NCBI GenBank assembly: GCA_963846575.1 | Contig: CAWJWJ010000001.1 | Span: 576,001-640,000 of the forward strand | DNA length: 64,000 bases | Source: an uncultured Nitrospiraceae bacterium | GTDB lineage: Bacteria > Nitrospirota > Nitrospiria > Nitrospirales > Nitrospiraceae | Reading direction: 5' to 3' | Part shown: positions 20,393 through 30,631 of the stretch, piece by piece | Position numbering within the stretch: position 1 is the stretch's first letter | Layout: each line of letters begins with the position of its first letter | Notes under the pieces: model-generated | What the model was told of the DNA's origin: nothing | The model's database searches: none | What the model saw: only the letters and a program-made list of their open reading frames with translations | Translations under genes and position numbers: made by a program

Positions 20393-20592
20393 CCGCAGAA
20401 GCGGGAGCCCTTGCTCACTACATGGTAATTCTATTGGGACCGTGCCGGACGGGTCAATGATGCCGGATCGCCCGGCGGGTTTTTATCGTAGCAGAGACGA
20501 AACAGATCCTCACCGGGATCAAGCCAGCATCGGTCGGACTGAAGGTCATGGCGAACGCGTCGGGCTGACGCGCGGGACGAAATCGTGGCGCG

Positions 20593-21078
20593 TTACTTGC
20601 CGGCTTCACCAAGAACGCACCAGAGGCGACGCATGCCGGACTTTTGGTCGGTGACGGCTTGACCGGAAAACAAACTGAGCTGCCAGGCCACGATGTCGTC
20701 TGTAGGATGAGGTGTGGCCGTCCAGTAAATGCTGGATTTGATATTGCGAAAGGGATGACCGGCGGGCAGGGAAGGATCCTGTTGGTCGAGATCGACGAGC
20801 GTCCGCATTTCGTCGATACTCGGCGGGCGCCACCCTTGCCGGCCGCCCACAGTTTTTGTGGCGCAACGACTCAGTGAACGATCCCATACCTCGAAGATGT
20901 AATCCGGTTCCCTCTCCCAGACCAGACCGCTGAGCGAATCCTTCACCGCTTCGCCGTCCAGCATCACGACGAAACGTGAACCGCCATCCTCGGCATGAAC
21001 CACGCCTAACAGGAGCAGGCTCCAAAGGAACAGAGGACCGACCGATGATCGCCAGACGGGCCGTAGGAGAGACATCAT
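20593..21078 (-). CDS. DUF1566 (Lcl C-terminal) domain exported protein
   Basis: D..SGLVWE, WRPPSIDEM, YWTAT, AW…F.SG, LWCV motifs. Confidence 0.82.
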   Translation of the reverse strand: MMSLLRPVWRSSVGPLFLWSLLLLGVVHAEDGGSRFVVMLDGEAVKDSLSGLVWEREPDYIFEVWDRSLSRCATKTVGGRQGWRPPSIDEMRTLVDLDQQDPSLPAGHPFRNIKSSIYWTATPHPTDDIVAWQLSLFSGQAVTDQKSGMRRLWCVLGEAGK

Positions 21079-21137
21079 CCGGCAGTGTGCCCGATGTTCG
21101 ATGCCAATTCAAGGATGAGGGGCGGGCGCGCAGATGG

Positions 21138-21866
21138 CTACCAATCCAGCCGCCGGTATTGCCGCCGGAGGATCACCGCACCCCAGCAGAGCGCGACGAG
21201 CATGAGCGCGGTCCCGATGCTGTACGATGCCTGCGCCAGGCGGTGGTCGTGCGGCAACCAGCCCAGCATGGTGAGGAGATTGTTCCAGTCATGGGCATCG
21301 ACTTCCTGGCCGGTGAACCCGCCGAGAAGTATCAATTCCATTGCCCGGGCATCGTAAATATAGGGGGCAACATCCATGAAGTTTTCGGCTGCCCACCACA
21401 AGGCGACCGAGCCACCGAAAGGATCCCGGGTCTTGAACAGGAACGTCGCCAGACAGAGGAGCGGCATGAGGATCTGTCCGAGACTGCCGCCGAGGATCAT
21501 CATGAACCGGCCGAACGGCATGAACAACAGATGGCCGGCTTCATGGAAGGGCAGGTTCACGAGATGCAGAAACGACTCGCCCGTATAATTCGTCTCGAGC
21601 GGAGTGGTGATGAATTTCAGCCCCCACACCACCAACAACAGGAACACCAGGACGCGTCCACCGAAGTTGAACGGATGGACCGACGCCGGCACCGGGAGCA
21701 GCCATTCCCTGATGAAGGTCGGTCCTCCCGCTTGCTGAACCGCCGGATGACGCCGTCTCGACGCAGTCGACGGCGAAAAACTCACGAATTTGGAAAAAAT
21801 AATACCGCAGCGCATACACTCGATGCGGTCGTCGCCCTGTTCCCATTCGCACTTTGGACAACGCAT
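21138..21866 (-). CDS. Zinc-ribbon membrane protein with HExxH (M50-like)
   Basis: CPKC…CMRC N-terminus, PFHEAGH in a TM segment, HDW motif. Confidence 0.75.
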   Translation of the reverse strand: MRCPKCEWEQGDDRIECMRCGIIFSKFVSFSPSTASRRRHPAVQQAGGPTFIREWLLPVPASVHPFNFGGRVLVFLLLVVWGLKFITTPLETNYTGESFLHLVNLPFHEAGHLLFMPFGRFMMILGGSLGQILMPLLCLATFLFKTRDPFGGSVALWWAAENFMDVAPYIYDARAMELILLGGFTGQEVDAHDWNNLLTMLGWLPHDHRLAQASYSIGTALMLVALCWGAVILRRQYRRLDW

Positions 21867-21869
21867 CGG

Positions 21870-22829
21870 TCAACGGAGCACGAATGGTTCCCAGGAGAAC
21901 GTCATCGCGAAAATGGCCAACGCGATCCATCCGACCAGCACGCGAGTACTGCCCAACTCACGACCGGGATTGAGGACCGGTGGATGGGCCAGCCCCATAA
22001 TCCCGACGAGCCCGACCCATAAGAACCATCCCTTCCAACCCAGCCAACCGAACAACATGAGGATCGGCACCAGGGCGACCGCCACACTGCGCTGTCTCGG
22101 TCCCCACAACGCGTAGGCGACGTGGCCGCCGTCGAGTTGGCCGATCGGAAGCAGATTGAGGGAGGTGATGAACAGCCCGAACCAGGCGGCAAATCCGATC
22201 GGATGAAGCACGACATCGGCCGTGGGCGAGAGTGGCCCGATGATAAGCCAGGACATGAACTGCAACAGCAGCGGTTCCCCGAGATGGAGACCATAACCGG
22301 TTTGGATCGGCACGACCGTCGATAAGCGGAGTCCCACCACCAGGGCGATGACCGCCACTACGAAGCCGGCAATCGGGCCGGCTACTCCGATATCGAACAA
22401 CGCCCGGCGGTCGGTCACAGGCCCCCGCATGCGAATAATGGCGCCGAACGTGCCGACGAAATGCGGCAACCCCGGCACGAACAAGGGCAACGAGGCCGGC
22501 ACGCCGTGCAGGCGTGACAGCACGTAGTGGCCCAATTCATGAGTGACGAGGATGCCCAGCAGGGTCGCGGCAAACGGAATGCCCAGCCATAACGCCAACG
22601 GATCGTCCACGAGAAAGGCCCAGGGACCAACCAGCGGATTCGTATTGGTCTGGTACGCGCCGGCCCACAGCACGGTGAAGACGGTCAAGAGGAACAGCAG
22701 CCCCGGCAGGATCCGATTGGAGAACCATCTCGGGGATTCTTCGGCCCATTCGTCCTCTTCTCCGGCATCGGGCGAAGCAGGATTCAGGTCATCCGGAGAC
22801 CGGCTCTGGTCCGACTCGTCACGGTGCAT
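21870..22829 (-). CDS. Site-2 protease family (M50) intramembrane metalloprotease
   Basis: HELGH, GTFGA, AGPIAG, NLLPIGQLDGGH. Confidence 0.93.
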   Translation of the reverse strand: MHRDESDQSRSPDDLNPASPDAGEEDEWAEESPRWFSNRILPGLLFLLTVFTVLWAGAYQTNTNPLVGPWAFLVDDPLALWLGIPFAATLLGILVTHELGHYVLSRLHGVPASLPLFVPGLPHFVGTFGAIIRMRGPVTDRRALFDIGVAGPIAGFVVAVIALVVGLRLSTVVPIQTGYGLHLGEPLLLQFMSWLIIGPLSPTADVVLHPIGFAAWFGLFITSLNLLPIGQLDGGHVAYALWGPRQRSVAVALVPILMLFGWLGWKGWFLWVGLVGIMGLAHPPVLNPGRELGSTRVLVGWIALAIFAMTFSWEPFVLR

Positions 22830-22843
22830 GGAGCGCCTCTGAC

Positions 22844-23680
22844 TTATGCGGCGAACGGATTATGGAGCAATTCTTCCCGCACGGTCGTCGCCGGCCCGTG
22901 GCCCGGGAAAAGCAGTGTATCCGGGGAAAGTGTCAGCACGCGCTGACGCACCGATGCAAGATGGGTCTCATAGAGCCCGGCAGGATTCGAACGGCCGATC
23001 GAACCGGCAAACAATGTATCGCCGACAAAACAGATTGGTGCGCCTGCCTGCTCCACCCGGTAGCAGATTCCTCCCGGCGTATGGCCTGGCGTCGTCACGA
23101 ATCGCACCGTCAACCCGCCGACCTGCAAGGTCTCACCATCCTGCGGCACAGACAGCAGGTGCTGCGAAGGGCACCAACTCAGGAGATCGAGATCGTCAGG
23201 CCCGATATACACCGGCACGGAACCGGCCTTGAGAATGTCCTCGATGCCCTCCGCATGGTCGGAATGGCCATGCGTGAGGCAAATCGCACGCAGCCGGAGA
23301 TTGCGTTGCGCCAGAAGGTGCTGCATCGCAGCCGCGTTGTAGGCGGTGTCCACCAGGATCGCGTCTCCTCGATCGTGAATGACATAGCCCTTCACCTCAT
23401 ACCCGCCGATCGAGCCCAGAACGGTCTCGACATGCGCCGTCGAGGAAGACACGGACTCCGGCGTCCAGCCAGCAGCGACTTGGCCCAACGGCTCCTCCCT
23501 CAAGCCGAGCGCACGGGCCACCGCCGGCAGCTGCTCTCGCTGGCGGGGAGATTGCCCCCGTTCCAACTCAGTCAGTTCGACTTCAGACAGTCCGCTCTCA
23601 CGCGCCACATCGGCCACCGAGCGCCGCTGCCCCGTCCTGGCCTTCTTCAGAATATCGCTCAGTTCGTCTTCAAGTGGCAT
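22844..23680 (-). CDS. XRE-type HTH fused to an MBL-fold metallo-hydrolase (glyoxalase II-like)
   Basis: N-terminal HTH (SVADVARESGLS…ELERG). THGHSDH, PGHTPG, GDTLF, PGHG. Confidence 0.88.
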   Translation of the reverse strand: MPLEDELSDILKKARTGQRRSVADVARESGLSEVELTELERGQSPRQREQLPAVARALGLREEPLGQVAAGWTPESVSSSTAHVETVLGSIGGYEVKGYVIHDRGDAILVDTAYNAAAMQHLLAQRNLRLRAICLTHGHSDHAEGIEDILKAGSVPVYIGPDDLDLLSWCPSQHLLSVPQDGETLQVGGLTVRFVTTPGHTPGGICYRVEQAGAPICFVGDTLFAGSIGRSNPAGLYETHLASVRQRVLTLSPDTLLFPGHGPATTVREELLHNPFAA

Positions 23681-23724
23681 GGTCACCTATAGAGTTGCGC
23701 AGGACATTGACCGAGGAGACAGGT

Positions 23725-24228
23725 TCAGGCCTCATTGAGGCAGACCTCCCATGCCCGCACCATCGAGAGGTCCACGTCGATCAGGATCACGGAGCGCAAT
23801 GTCCGTGGAACGAACGCCTTGATTTCCCGCACCATCTTCTTCGCCGCATCGTGAGCAGGCACTCCGCCGACTCCGGTCCCCATCCCGGGAATCGCGATCG
23901 ATTCGTACGCTTGTTCATCGGCCAGCATGAGAGCCGCTCTGGTCGCCAATGCGACATTGTCTGCCGGAATGCGCATGGCGGGCTCCGGCATGGTCGGCGC
24001 GTGAATAATTCCTTTGAATGTTGTCTTTCCGCCTGTTGTCAGCACCGCCTGTCCCACGGCGATGGGCGCATTCGCCCGAGCCTGCGCCTCGACGTCCTGG
24101 CCTGCCGCGCGCCTGATCACTCCCGCCACACCCCCACCCATGACGCCATGACTGTTGGCGGCGTTCACGATGAGGTCAGCTTCGGCGTCAAGGATGCTAC
24201 CCTGGATCACAGACACCAACAGAGACAA
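23725..24228 (-). CDS. Macro domain (ADP-ribose-binding/hydrolase) protein
   Basis: IVNAAN…GGGVAGVI, IIHAP, PGMGTGVGG. Confidence 0.92.
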   Translation of the reverse strand: MSLLVSVIQGSILDAEADLIVNAANSHGVMGGGVAGVIRRAAGQDVEAQARANAPIAVGQAVLTTGGKTTFKGIIHAPTMPEPAMRIPADNVALATRAALMLADEQAYESIAIPGMGTGVGGVPAHDAAKKMVREIKAFVPRTLRSVILIDVDLSMVRAWEVCLNEA

Positions 24229-24261
24229 GGCTCACTCCGCGCACTGATTGCCACCGCCGAT

Positions 24262-24555
24262 TTAGCCTAGGCCGGCGATGACCCGTCGGTAGTCGTCTTC
24301 CGAAAACGTCTTCAGCGTCGTGGAACGGACACTCCCCAACGAGCCAATCTTGAGTCCAAAACCCGCCATTTTGTCGTCCGTCGGCATCTCAACCACGACC
24401 ACCAGATCATATTGTCCCATCGTGAGATAGAACGCTTTGACCTCGCCACCCATGTCCCTGGCGAGTTTCTTCACCCCATCCAAACGCTTGGGAGAATCCG
24501 CCACATTCTTGATTCCCTGGTCCGTCCAATTCAGGAGCATCAGATAGGTCATCAT
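24262..24555 (-). CDS. GYD domain protein
   Basis: WTDQGIKNV…GG…YLTMGQYDLV…G.VRSTTL. Confidence 0.88.
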   Translation of the reverse strand: MMTYLMLLNWTDQGIKNVADSPKRLDGVKKLARDMGGEVKAFYLTMGQYDLVVVVEMPTDDKMAGFGLKIGSLGSVRSTTLKTFSEDDYRRVIAGLG

Positions 24556-24674
24556 GGCTGCCTCCATATGTTACCAGTCAGATCGACGGTTGCATCGGCC
24601 CCCATCAGCGAGGGTCCTGGATCGGCTGTTCATCGTAGCGTATCTTCCATTCGAGCCCGCCCACGGCTCAATCT

Positions 24675-26189
24675 TCAGCTCTCCGGCGCCAACGTAATTT
24701 CCTTCACGTCCCCGAATCCCGCCAGTACCTTCGACAGGGCTTCACCGGAACCGACCGCCAGAATCCGCAATCGCTCCGGATTGAAATGGGCCTTGGCCGC
24801 GTTTTGAATGTCTTCCTTCGTCAGCTTGACCACCTTGTCGCGGATCTGCTGGAGCCAATCTCTCGGCAACCCGTCATATTCCAGATCCATCAGACGATTC
24901 ACGATGCTCGACGCGCTGGTGAACGAGAAGACGAACGAGTTCACATAGGCTTCCTTGGCTTCCTCCAGTTCGAGATCGGTCACCGGCTCATTCCGCATCC
25001 GTTCCATGTTGGCCACGAAGCGATTGACCACCTCCTGCGTCGAAGAGAGTTTGGTCTCGGCCCGCATGAGCCACACGCCTTGATCGTACACGCTGGCCCG
25101 CAGGCCGCTTCCCACGGAATAGGCCAGGCCGCGCTTCGTCCGCACGTCGTTGAATAGCCGGCTGCGGAAGGAACTGCCCCCCAGAATATCGTTGGCAATG
25201 GCCACGGCCACGTAGTCCGGATCGGTCTCTCTGATCGTCAGATGTCCCACCCGCAGGTGGGTCTGCGACGTGCCCTTGTTCACGAATCGCACGGCAGCGG
25301 TCTTGAAGTCGGCCGCCGGAACATCGGGAATCACGACCTCGGGCACCGCACCGTTGGCCCAATCGCCAAAGACTTCGCGCAGCAATTCCAACATGGAGGC
25401 CTTCTCGAAATCGCCCGTGATGCCCAGAATGATGCCGTTGGGGTGAACCGTCTGTTGGTGAAACCCCACGAGGTCTTCCCGCGTGATCGAGTCGATGGAC
25501 CGCACGGTGGTCTCTCGCGCGCTGGGATGCGTGCTACCGTAGAGGAGCTTGGCAAATTCCCGTCCGACGATCGAACCGGGACTGTCCTGACGGCGGCGAA
25601 CCCCTTCCAGCGACTGCAATTTCGCCAGCTCCACTCGACTCTGCTCGAAGGCCGGGCGGCGCAACAGATCGGCAAAGATCTGCATGCCGCGTTTCAGGTC
25701 CTTCTTCAGCACATCCAGCGAGGCGGAGCCGGACTCCCGGCCCATTCCGATCGACAGGTTGGCCGCTAACTGTTCGAGCTCTTCATCCACCTCTTCCGGG
25801 GACATTCGCGCCGATCCGCCGGTTCGCATCACCGCACCGGTCAGTCCGGCCAGGCCCACCTTCTCAGCCGGGTCCAGCCAGCTGCCGGTTCTGAGGGTGG
25901 CGTTCACGGTTACCAACGGCAATTCGTGATCTTCAAGAAGATAGACGACCATGCCATTGTCCAGCACGACCCGATCCGCGTCGGGCGGGTTGAAATCGAC
26001 CGTCGGGAAACGCATGGCGCGTGGATCCTTCAGCGCCAGGTCCGCCGCCAGCCCCGGCGCGATCTGTGTGACCAGCAACATCAGTATGGCCAGCAGCGAG
26101 ATGCCATTCATCTTCTTCAGCATGCCTGTGTCCCCTCCGACGGTCTCCTCACGTCTCATCAATGACATGTCGACATATTCACGGCTCAT
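24675..26189 (-). CDS. M16 (pitrilysin) family peptidase, non-catalytic subunit
   Basis: LDNGMVVYLLEDHELP, RTGG in place of HxxEH, SRLF..VR..RGLAY. ATGA overlap with the upstream gene. Confidence 0.9.
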   Translation of the reverse strand: MSREYVDMSLMRREETVGGDTGMLKKMNGISLLAILMLLVTQIAPGLAADLALKDPRAMRFPTVDFNPPDADRVVLDNGMVVYLLEDHELPLVTVNATLRTGSWLDPAEKVGLAGLTGAVMRTGGSARMSPEEVDEELEQLAANLSIGMGRESGSASLDVLKKDLKRGMQIFADLLRRPAFEQSRVELAKLQSLEGVRRRQDSPGSIVGREFAKLLYGSTHPSARETTVRSIDSITREDLVGFHQQTVHPNGIILGITGDFEKASMLELLREVFGDWANGAVPEVVIPDVPAADFKTAAVRFVNKGTSQTHLRVGHLTIRETDPDYVAVAIANDILGGSSFRSRLFNDVRTKRGLAYSVGSGLRASVYDQGVWLMRAETKLSSTQEVVNRFVANMERMRNEPVTDLELEEAKEAYVNSFVFSFTSASSIVNRLMDLEYDGLPRDWLQQIRDKVVKLTKEDIQNAAKAHFNPERLRILAVGSGEALSKVLAGFGDVKEITLAPES

Positions 26190-27757
26190 CGCTGCACCTC
26201 GCCGGCCGCCGCCATTTTTTTCTCGGACACCTTCTTGACGAGCACTCCGACGGTTCGATTGGCCTTGGTCAGATACTGAGAGGCCACCCGCTGCACATCG
26301 GCGGGTGTCACCGCTGCAATCCGGTCGCGCGCATTGATGACATAGCGCCAACTCCCCGCCACGGTCTGGTAAAAGGCCAGCTGCGAAGCCAGTCCGCTAT
26401 TAGACCGGAGTGACCGCACGAGATCCGCGTCCAATCCATTGAGGACCCGTTCGAATTCCTTGGCCGATATGGGTTCCTTCTTCAGCCGTTCGAGTTCCTC
26501 ATAAATCGCCGCTTCCACTTCCTCGGTGGTATGGGGAGCAAGTGGGGTCGCGGCAATCACAAAGAGGTTCGGCGCACGAACGCCCGGATAGTTCGTATCC
26601 GACAGCACGGAAGCCGCCAGACGTTTCTCGCGCACCAGCGTGCCGTAGAGCCGCGACGTCACGCCTTCGGTCAGCACTTCGTCGATGACGTCGAACACAA
26701 AATCATCAGGATGCCCGATGGTCGGCTTGTGGTACCCGATGGCCAATGCCGGTTCGGCATCAAACTCGATCTCCACTCGCCGCTCCCCGCGCTGCGGAGG
26801 CTCCTCCGTGACCAGGGCCGGAATCGGAGGCGCGGCCGGGATCCTGCCGAATGTCTGCTCGATGAGAGTGATGACCTCTTTCGGATTGATGTCGCCGACA
26901 ATCGCGACCGTGGCGTTATTGGGGCCGTAATAGGTCTTGAAAAATTCCTCCGTCGCGCCCGGCGTGAGGGAGACAATGTCTGAGCCCCAACCGATGGTCG
27001 GCACGCCGTATTGATGGGCCTGGAATGCCGTGGACGTAAAGGTTTCGTAGAGCAGTCCGTTCGGGCTGTCGTCGGTGCGGAGTCGCCGCTCCTCCATGAC
27101 GACACCGCGCTCCTTGTAAAACTCACGCAGCACGGGATGCGCCATCCGATCCGACTCCAACGCCGCCCAGAGGGCCAACCGGTTGGCCGGCAGGCTGATC
27201 ACGTACCGCGTAATGTCCTTGCCGGTCGAGGCATTGAGTCCCACGCCGCCATGCCGCTGATAGAGCAACGCCATCTCGTTACCCACGACATACTCGCGCG
27301 CCTTGTCCTGCAACTCAGTGAATCGCTGCTGAAGCTGTTGCACAGCCTCGGAGTTCACCACCGCCTTACCCTCCAACTGCGCGCGTGTGGACTCCTCGCG
27401 TTCCAGCCGCTCGAGTTCCGTCCCGACCCGGGTCAACTCGTCCAGCACGGCCTGCTCTTTCTCGTAATCCTTCGTTCCAACGGTCCGGGTGCCCTTGAAG
27501 GCCATGTGTTCATACAGATGGGCCAACCCGGTCTGTCCGACCTGTTCATTGACGCCCCCGACCCCGAACGTCATGTTGATGCTGACGATGGGCGCTTGAT
27601 GCCGCTCCACCATCAGTACGGTCATGCCGTTCCCCACTTTATGTTCAATGACCCGGTCGGCCAGGCTCGGCGAGCCCGCATGGATCGGGGCGGCGGTGAT
27701 GACTGCCACCGCGAGGATCAGAAATGCTACGGTTCGTGTTCGCTGGATGCTGCTCAT
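26186..27757 (-). CDS. M16 (pitrilysin) family zinc peptidase, catalytic subunit
   Basis: GLAHLYEHMAFKGT (HxxEH), NAST, ESDRM, ERGVVMEERR. Signal peptide present. Confidence 0.93.
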   Translation of the reverse strand: MSSIQRTRTVAFLILAVAVITAAPIHAGSPSLADRVIEHKVGNGMTVLMVERHQAPIVSINMTFGVGGVNEQVGQTGLAHLYEHMAFKGTRTVGTKDYEKEQAVLDELTRVGTELERLEREESTRAQLEGKAVVNSEAVQQLQQRFTELQDKAREYVVGNEMALLYQRHGGVGLNASTGKDITRYVISLPANRLALWAALESDRMAHPVLREFYKERGVVMEERRLRTDDSPNGLLYETFTSTAFQAHQYGVPTIGWGSDIVSLTPGATEEFFKTYYGPNNATVAIVGDINPKEVITLIEQTFGRIPAAPPIPALVTEEPPQRGERRVEIEFDAEPALAIGYHKPTIGHPDDFVFDVIDEVLTEGVTSRLYGTLVREKRLAASVLSDTNYPGVRAPNLFVIAATPLAPHTTEEVEAAIYEELERLKKEPISAKEFERVLNGLDADLVRSLRSNSGLASQLAFYQTVAGSWRYVINARDRIAAVTPADVQRVASQYLTKANRTVGVLVKKVSEKKMAAAGEVQR

Positions 27758-28404
27758 ATAAATAGCTCCATCAATTCTTCCGGTCGTTCAATGAACCAAT
27801 CCGGCTGGCAGGCGGCCATCTTCTGACGGTTACCCATGCCATACCCCACCGCACAGACGCGGATACCCGCATTGTGGCCGCCATTGATGTCGTTGGTGCT
27901 GTCACCGACCAGCACGGTACGGTCTTTCTGGACGCCGAGCTGCTCCATCACATGCACCAGCATCCCCGGCTCCGGCTTGAGGCCGAAGCCGTGGTCTCCG
28001 CCGACGACGTAGTCGAAATGCTGGGCGCCCAGGCCGGTCAAAATCACATTCGTATATTCAATGGATTTGTTGGTCGCGACCGCCTTTTGTTTGGAGGCGA
28101 AATGCGTCAGCACCCGGTCGATCCCCGGATAGAACACGGTGCGATCCAGGCAATGCGCCAGGTAGTGAGTGCGGAAGACGCGCAGCGCCTCGTCATACAG
28201 CTCCTGATTGCCCTCCCCGACGGCCAGTCGCAACAGTTTCTTGACCCCGTCTCCCACGAAACCGAAGATTTCTTCCTGCGAGCGCTCCGGCTTGCCCAGA
28301 TCGCGCAGGGTCAAATTCACACTGTCGGCAATGTCCCACTTCGATTCGATCAGTGTGCCGTCCAGATCGAAGATGAGGAGATCTATATCAGCTTTCTTCA
28401 TCAT
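27754..28404 (-). CDS. HAD-family hydrolase, phosphoglycolate phosphatase-like
   Basis: FDLDGTL, ATNK, KPEP, VGDSTND. Confidence 0.88.
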   Translation of the reverse strand: MMKKADIDLLIFDLDGTLIESKWDIADSVNLTLRDLGKPERSQEEIFGFVGDGVKKLLRLAVGEGNQELYDEALRVFRTHYLAHCLDRTVFYPGIDRVLTHFASKQKAVATNKSIEYTNVILTGLGAQHFDYVVGGDHGFGLKPEPGMLVHVMEQLGVQKDRTVLVGDSTNDINGGHNAGIRVCAVGYGMGNRQKMAACQPDWFIERPEELMELFI

Positions 28405-28964
28405 TCCTTCGCCTTTCGCAATTCCGCCTGCAAGGCCGCCAGGGACGCCTGCCGGGTTCCATCTTTCTCTTCGAGCAGCGCCTGTCTCACAAAACTCAGC
28501 AACCGCTTCTGCCCGACATGGGGCGGCAGAATCGGATCCATGATCTTCCACCGGGCTCCCTGCACCTTGAGGCGAACCCGCACCTGTTCGGTGCCCGGTT
28601 CCGGCACGAAGCCGGCGGAGCCCATATACATGACGCCCAGGACCTGAAACTCGACCGGCACCAACACTTCAAGCCTGCTCACGATCTCCCACTTTCTAAA
28701 ATCGTCCGGAACGGTGAACCCCGTGATCACGATGACTTTTCCCCAGACCGGCTCTTCCTTCCAATCCACCAGACCAGCCACGGACTCGAAGGAACTCGCA
28801 TCGAGTCGCACCCCTTTGTTGTCGAGTGCAAAATATTTCTCCACGACTTTGGCCGGAGAATGCGAGATGGAATTGGTTTGCGCAAAAGCCTGCACGGTTG
28901 AGAGCGCCAGCAACAGGACGCCCGACAGCACTCTTGTGGCGCGCGCCAGTCCTTGCCTGTCCAT
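28401..28964 (-). CDS. Exported hypothetical protein
   Basis: Signal peptide (AFA/Q). Tightly packed between pyk and the HAD gene (3-bp gap and 4-bp overlap). Confidence 0.75.
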   Translation of the reverse strand: MDRQGLARATRVLSGVLLLALSTVQAFAQTNSISHSPAKVVEKYFALDNKGVRLDASSFESVAGLVDWKEEPVWGKVIVITGFTVPDDFRKWEIVSRLEVLVPVEFQVLGVMYMGSAGFVPEPGTEQVRVRLKVQGARWKIMDPILPPHVGQKRLLSFVRQALLEEKDGTRQASLAALQAELRKAKE

Positions 28965-28967
28965 GGA

Positions 28968-30422
28968 CTAGCCTACCTCGTGTAACTTCATCAGGTTGGT
29001 CCCGCCCGGATGCCCGATCTTCGTGCCGGACAGAATGACGATGCGTTCACCGGTGTTCACGAGTCCTTCCGCTTTCAATCGTCGCTCTGCCTCGTTGACC
29101 CGTTCATCGGTCGTCGGAATCTGCGCCATCGTGTAGGGCAGCACTCCCCAGTACAAGGCCATTTGCCGGCGGATCGTGGCGAACGGCGTGAACGCGATCA
29201 CCGGCGCAACCGGTCGTTGTTTGGACATGAACCGTGCGGTCATACCTCGTTCACTGAAGGCCACGATCGCGCTGGCCCCGGTCACCGACGCCGCTGAAAA
29301 GGCCGACAGGCAAATCGCCTCCTCACAGGTCAGGTGGGCCTGGTCAGCCGGAGCCCGCCGGACAAATCCCGGTCCTGTTTCAACCTCGGCCGCCCGCACG
29401 ATCCGGTCCATCACCTGGACCACTTCAACCGGATACTGTCCGACCGCCGTTTCGGCGGAGAGCATCACGGCATCGGTCCCGTCGAACACCGCATTAGCCA
29501 CGTCTGACGCTTCCGCCCGGGTAGGCCGCATCTGCTTCGTCATCGACTCCAGCATTTGGGTGGCGGTGATCACTAGCCGGCGATGACGGTTGGCCGTGGC
29601 GATGATCCGCTTCTGCAGGACCGGCACCGCTTCAGGCCCCAGTTCCACCCCTAAATCGCCGCGCGCCACCATCACCCCGTCCGCCTGCGCGAGAATGGCC
29701 TCCAACTCCGTCACCGCCTCCTGCCGCTCGATCTTGGCGATTACCGGCACGTCTCCGCCATAATCGGCAATCAGTTGCTTGGCGGCGATGATGTCTTCCG
29801 CGCCCCGGACAAACGAGAGGGCGATAAAATCGACGCCCTGCGCCACGCCGAACCGTAAATCCTCCCGATCCTTTTCCGTCAAGGTCGGTGCGCTGACGAC
29901 CGTGCCCGGCAAATTCATGCCCTTGTGGGCGGTTACGCGACCACCCGCGATCACCGTACATTCCACCGTGCCATCGACGATTCGATTCGCCTTCAACTCC
30001 ACCAGTCCGTCGTCGATGAGGATCCTGGCCCCGGGACGAATGTCTGTCGTCAGCGCGTGATAGGTGACGGGAATTTCCCGCACGGCCGAACCGTCGGCGA
30101 CCGTCCTGGCCCCGAGTTGCCCGCCGGAGCGTAGTGTCATGGTTCGCAACCGGACGGTCTGCCCTGCCAGAAGTTCGATCCCGGCGTCGGGAAGATCGCC
30201 GACCCGGATACGCGGGCCTTGAAGGTCTTGAATAATTGCTACCGCCAGTCCGTGCCGGTCGGCCGTCTCACGTATGATCTTAATCGCATGGCCGTGCGAC
30301 TCATGCGTGCCATGAGAAAAATTCAATCGAGCGGCGTTCATCCCACTCCGTATGAGCTGCTCGATGACGACCGCACCATCGCTCGCAGGCCCGATCGTGC
30401 AGACGATTTTTGCTTTTCGCAT
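28968..30422 (-). CDS. pyk: Pyruvate kinase
   Basis: KIVCTIGPAS, RLNFSHG, DLQGP, AKIE, MVARGDLGVE, ATQMLESM, PTRAE, MLSAETA. Confidence 0.97.
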   Translation of the reverse strand: MRKAKIVCTIGPASDGAVVIEQLIRSGMNAARLNFSHGTHESHGHAIKIIRETADRHGLAVAIIQDLQGPRIRVGDLPDAGIELLAGQTVRLRTMTLRSGGQLGARTVADGSAVREIPVTYHALTTDIRPGARILIDDGLVELKANRIVDGTVECTVIAGGRVTAHKGMNLPGTVVSAPTLTEKDREDLRFGVAQGVDFIALSFVRGAEDIIAAKQLIADYGGDVPVIAKIERQEAVTELEAILAQADGVMVARGDLGVELGPEAVPVLQKRIIATANRHRRLVITATQMLESMTKQMRPTRAEASDVANAVFDGTDAVMLSAETAVGQYPVEVVQVMDRIVRAAEVETGPGFVRRAPADQAHLTCEEAICLSAFSAASVTGASAIVAFSERGMTARFMSKQRPVAPVIAFTPFATIRRQMALYWGVLPYTMAQIPTTDERVNEAERRLKAEGLVNTGERIVILSGTKIGHPGGTNLMKLHEVG

Positions 30423-30439
30423 GGTCCAATTCTTCTGGC

Positions 30440-30470
30440 TTGACAAGATGTGGCCGGCACACCATCTTGT
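30440..30470. promoter_or_regulatory. Candidate promoter/operator between divergent pyk and the pfk fusion
   Basis: TTGACA-17 bp-CATCTT on the + strand, overlapped by the inverted repeat ACAAGATG-12 bp-CATCTTGT. Confidence 0.5.
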
Positions 30471-30631
30471 ACGTGAGAGGCAGATTTTGCATCAGGCACC
30501 CCGGTCGACGATCGGGTCATTCTAACAAACACATCCGCATGCCGCAAAAGAACATCCACATCCCATGCGGAGAAAAGCGGCGCCGATCTCATTAAAATTC
30601 ACTTATCAACCAGGATCCAACGAGGCAATGC

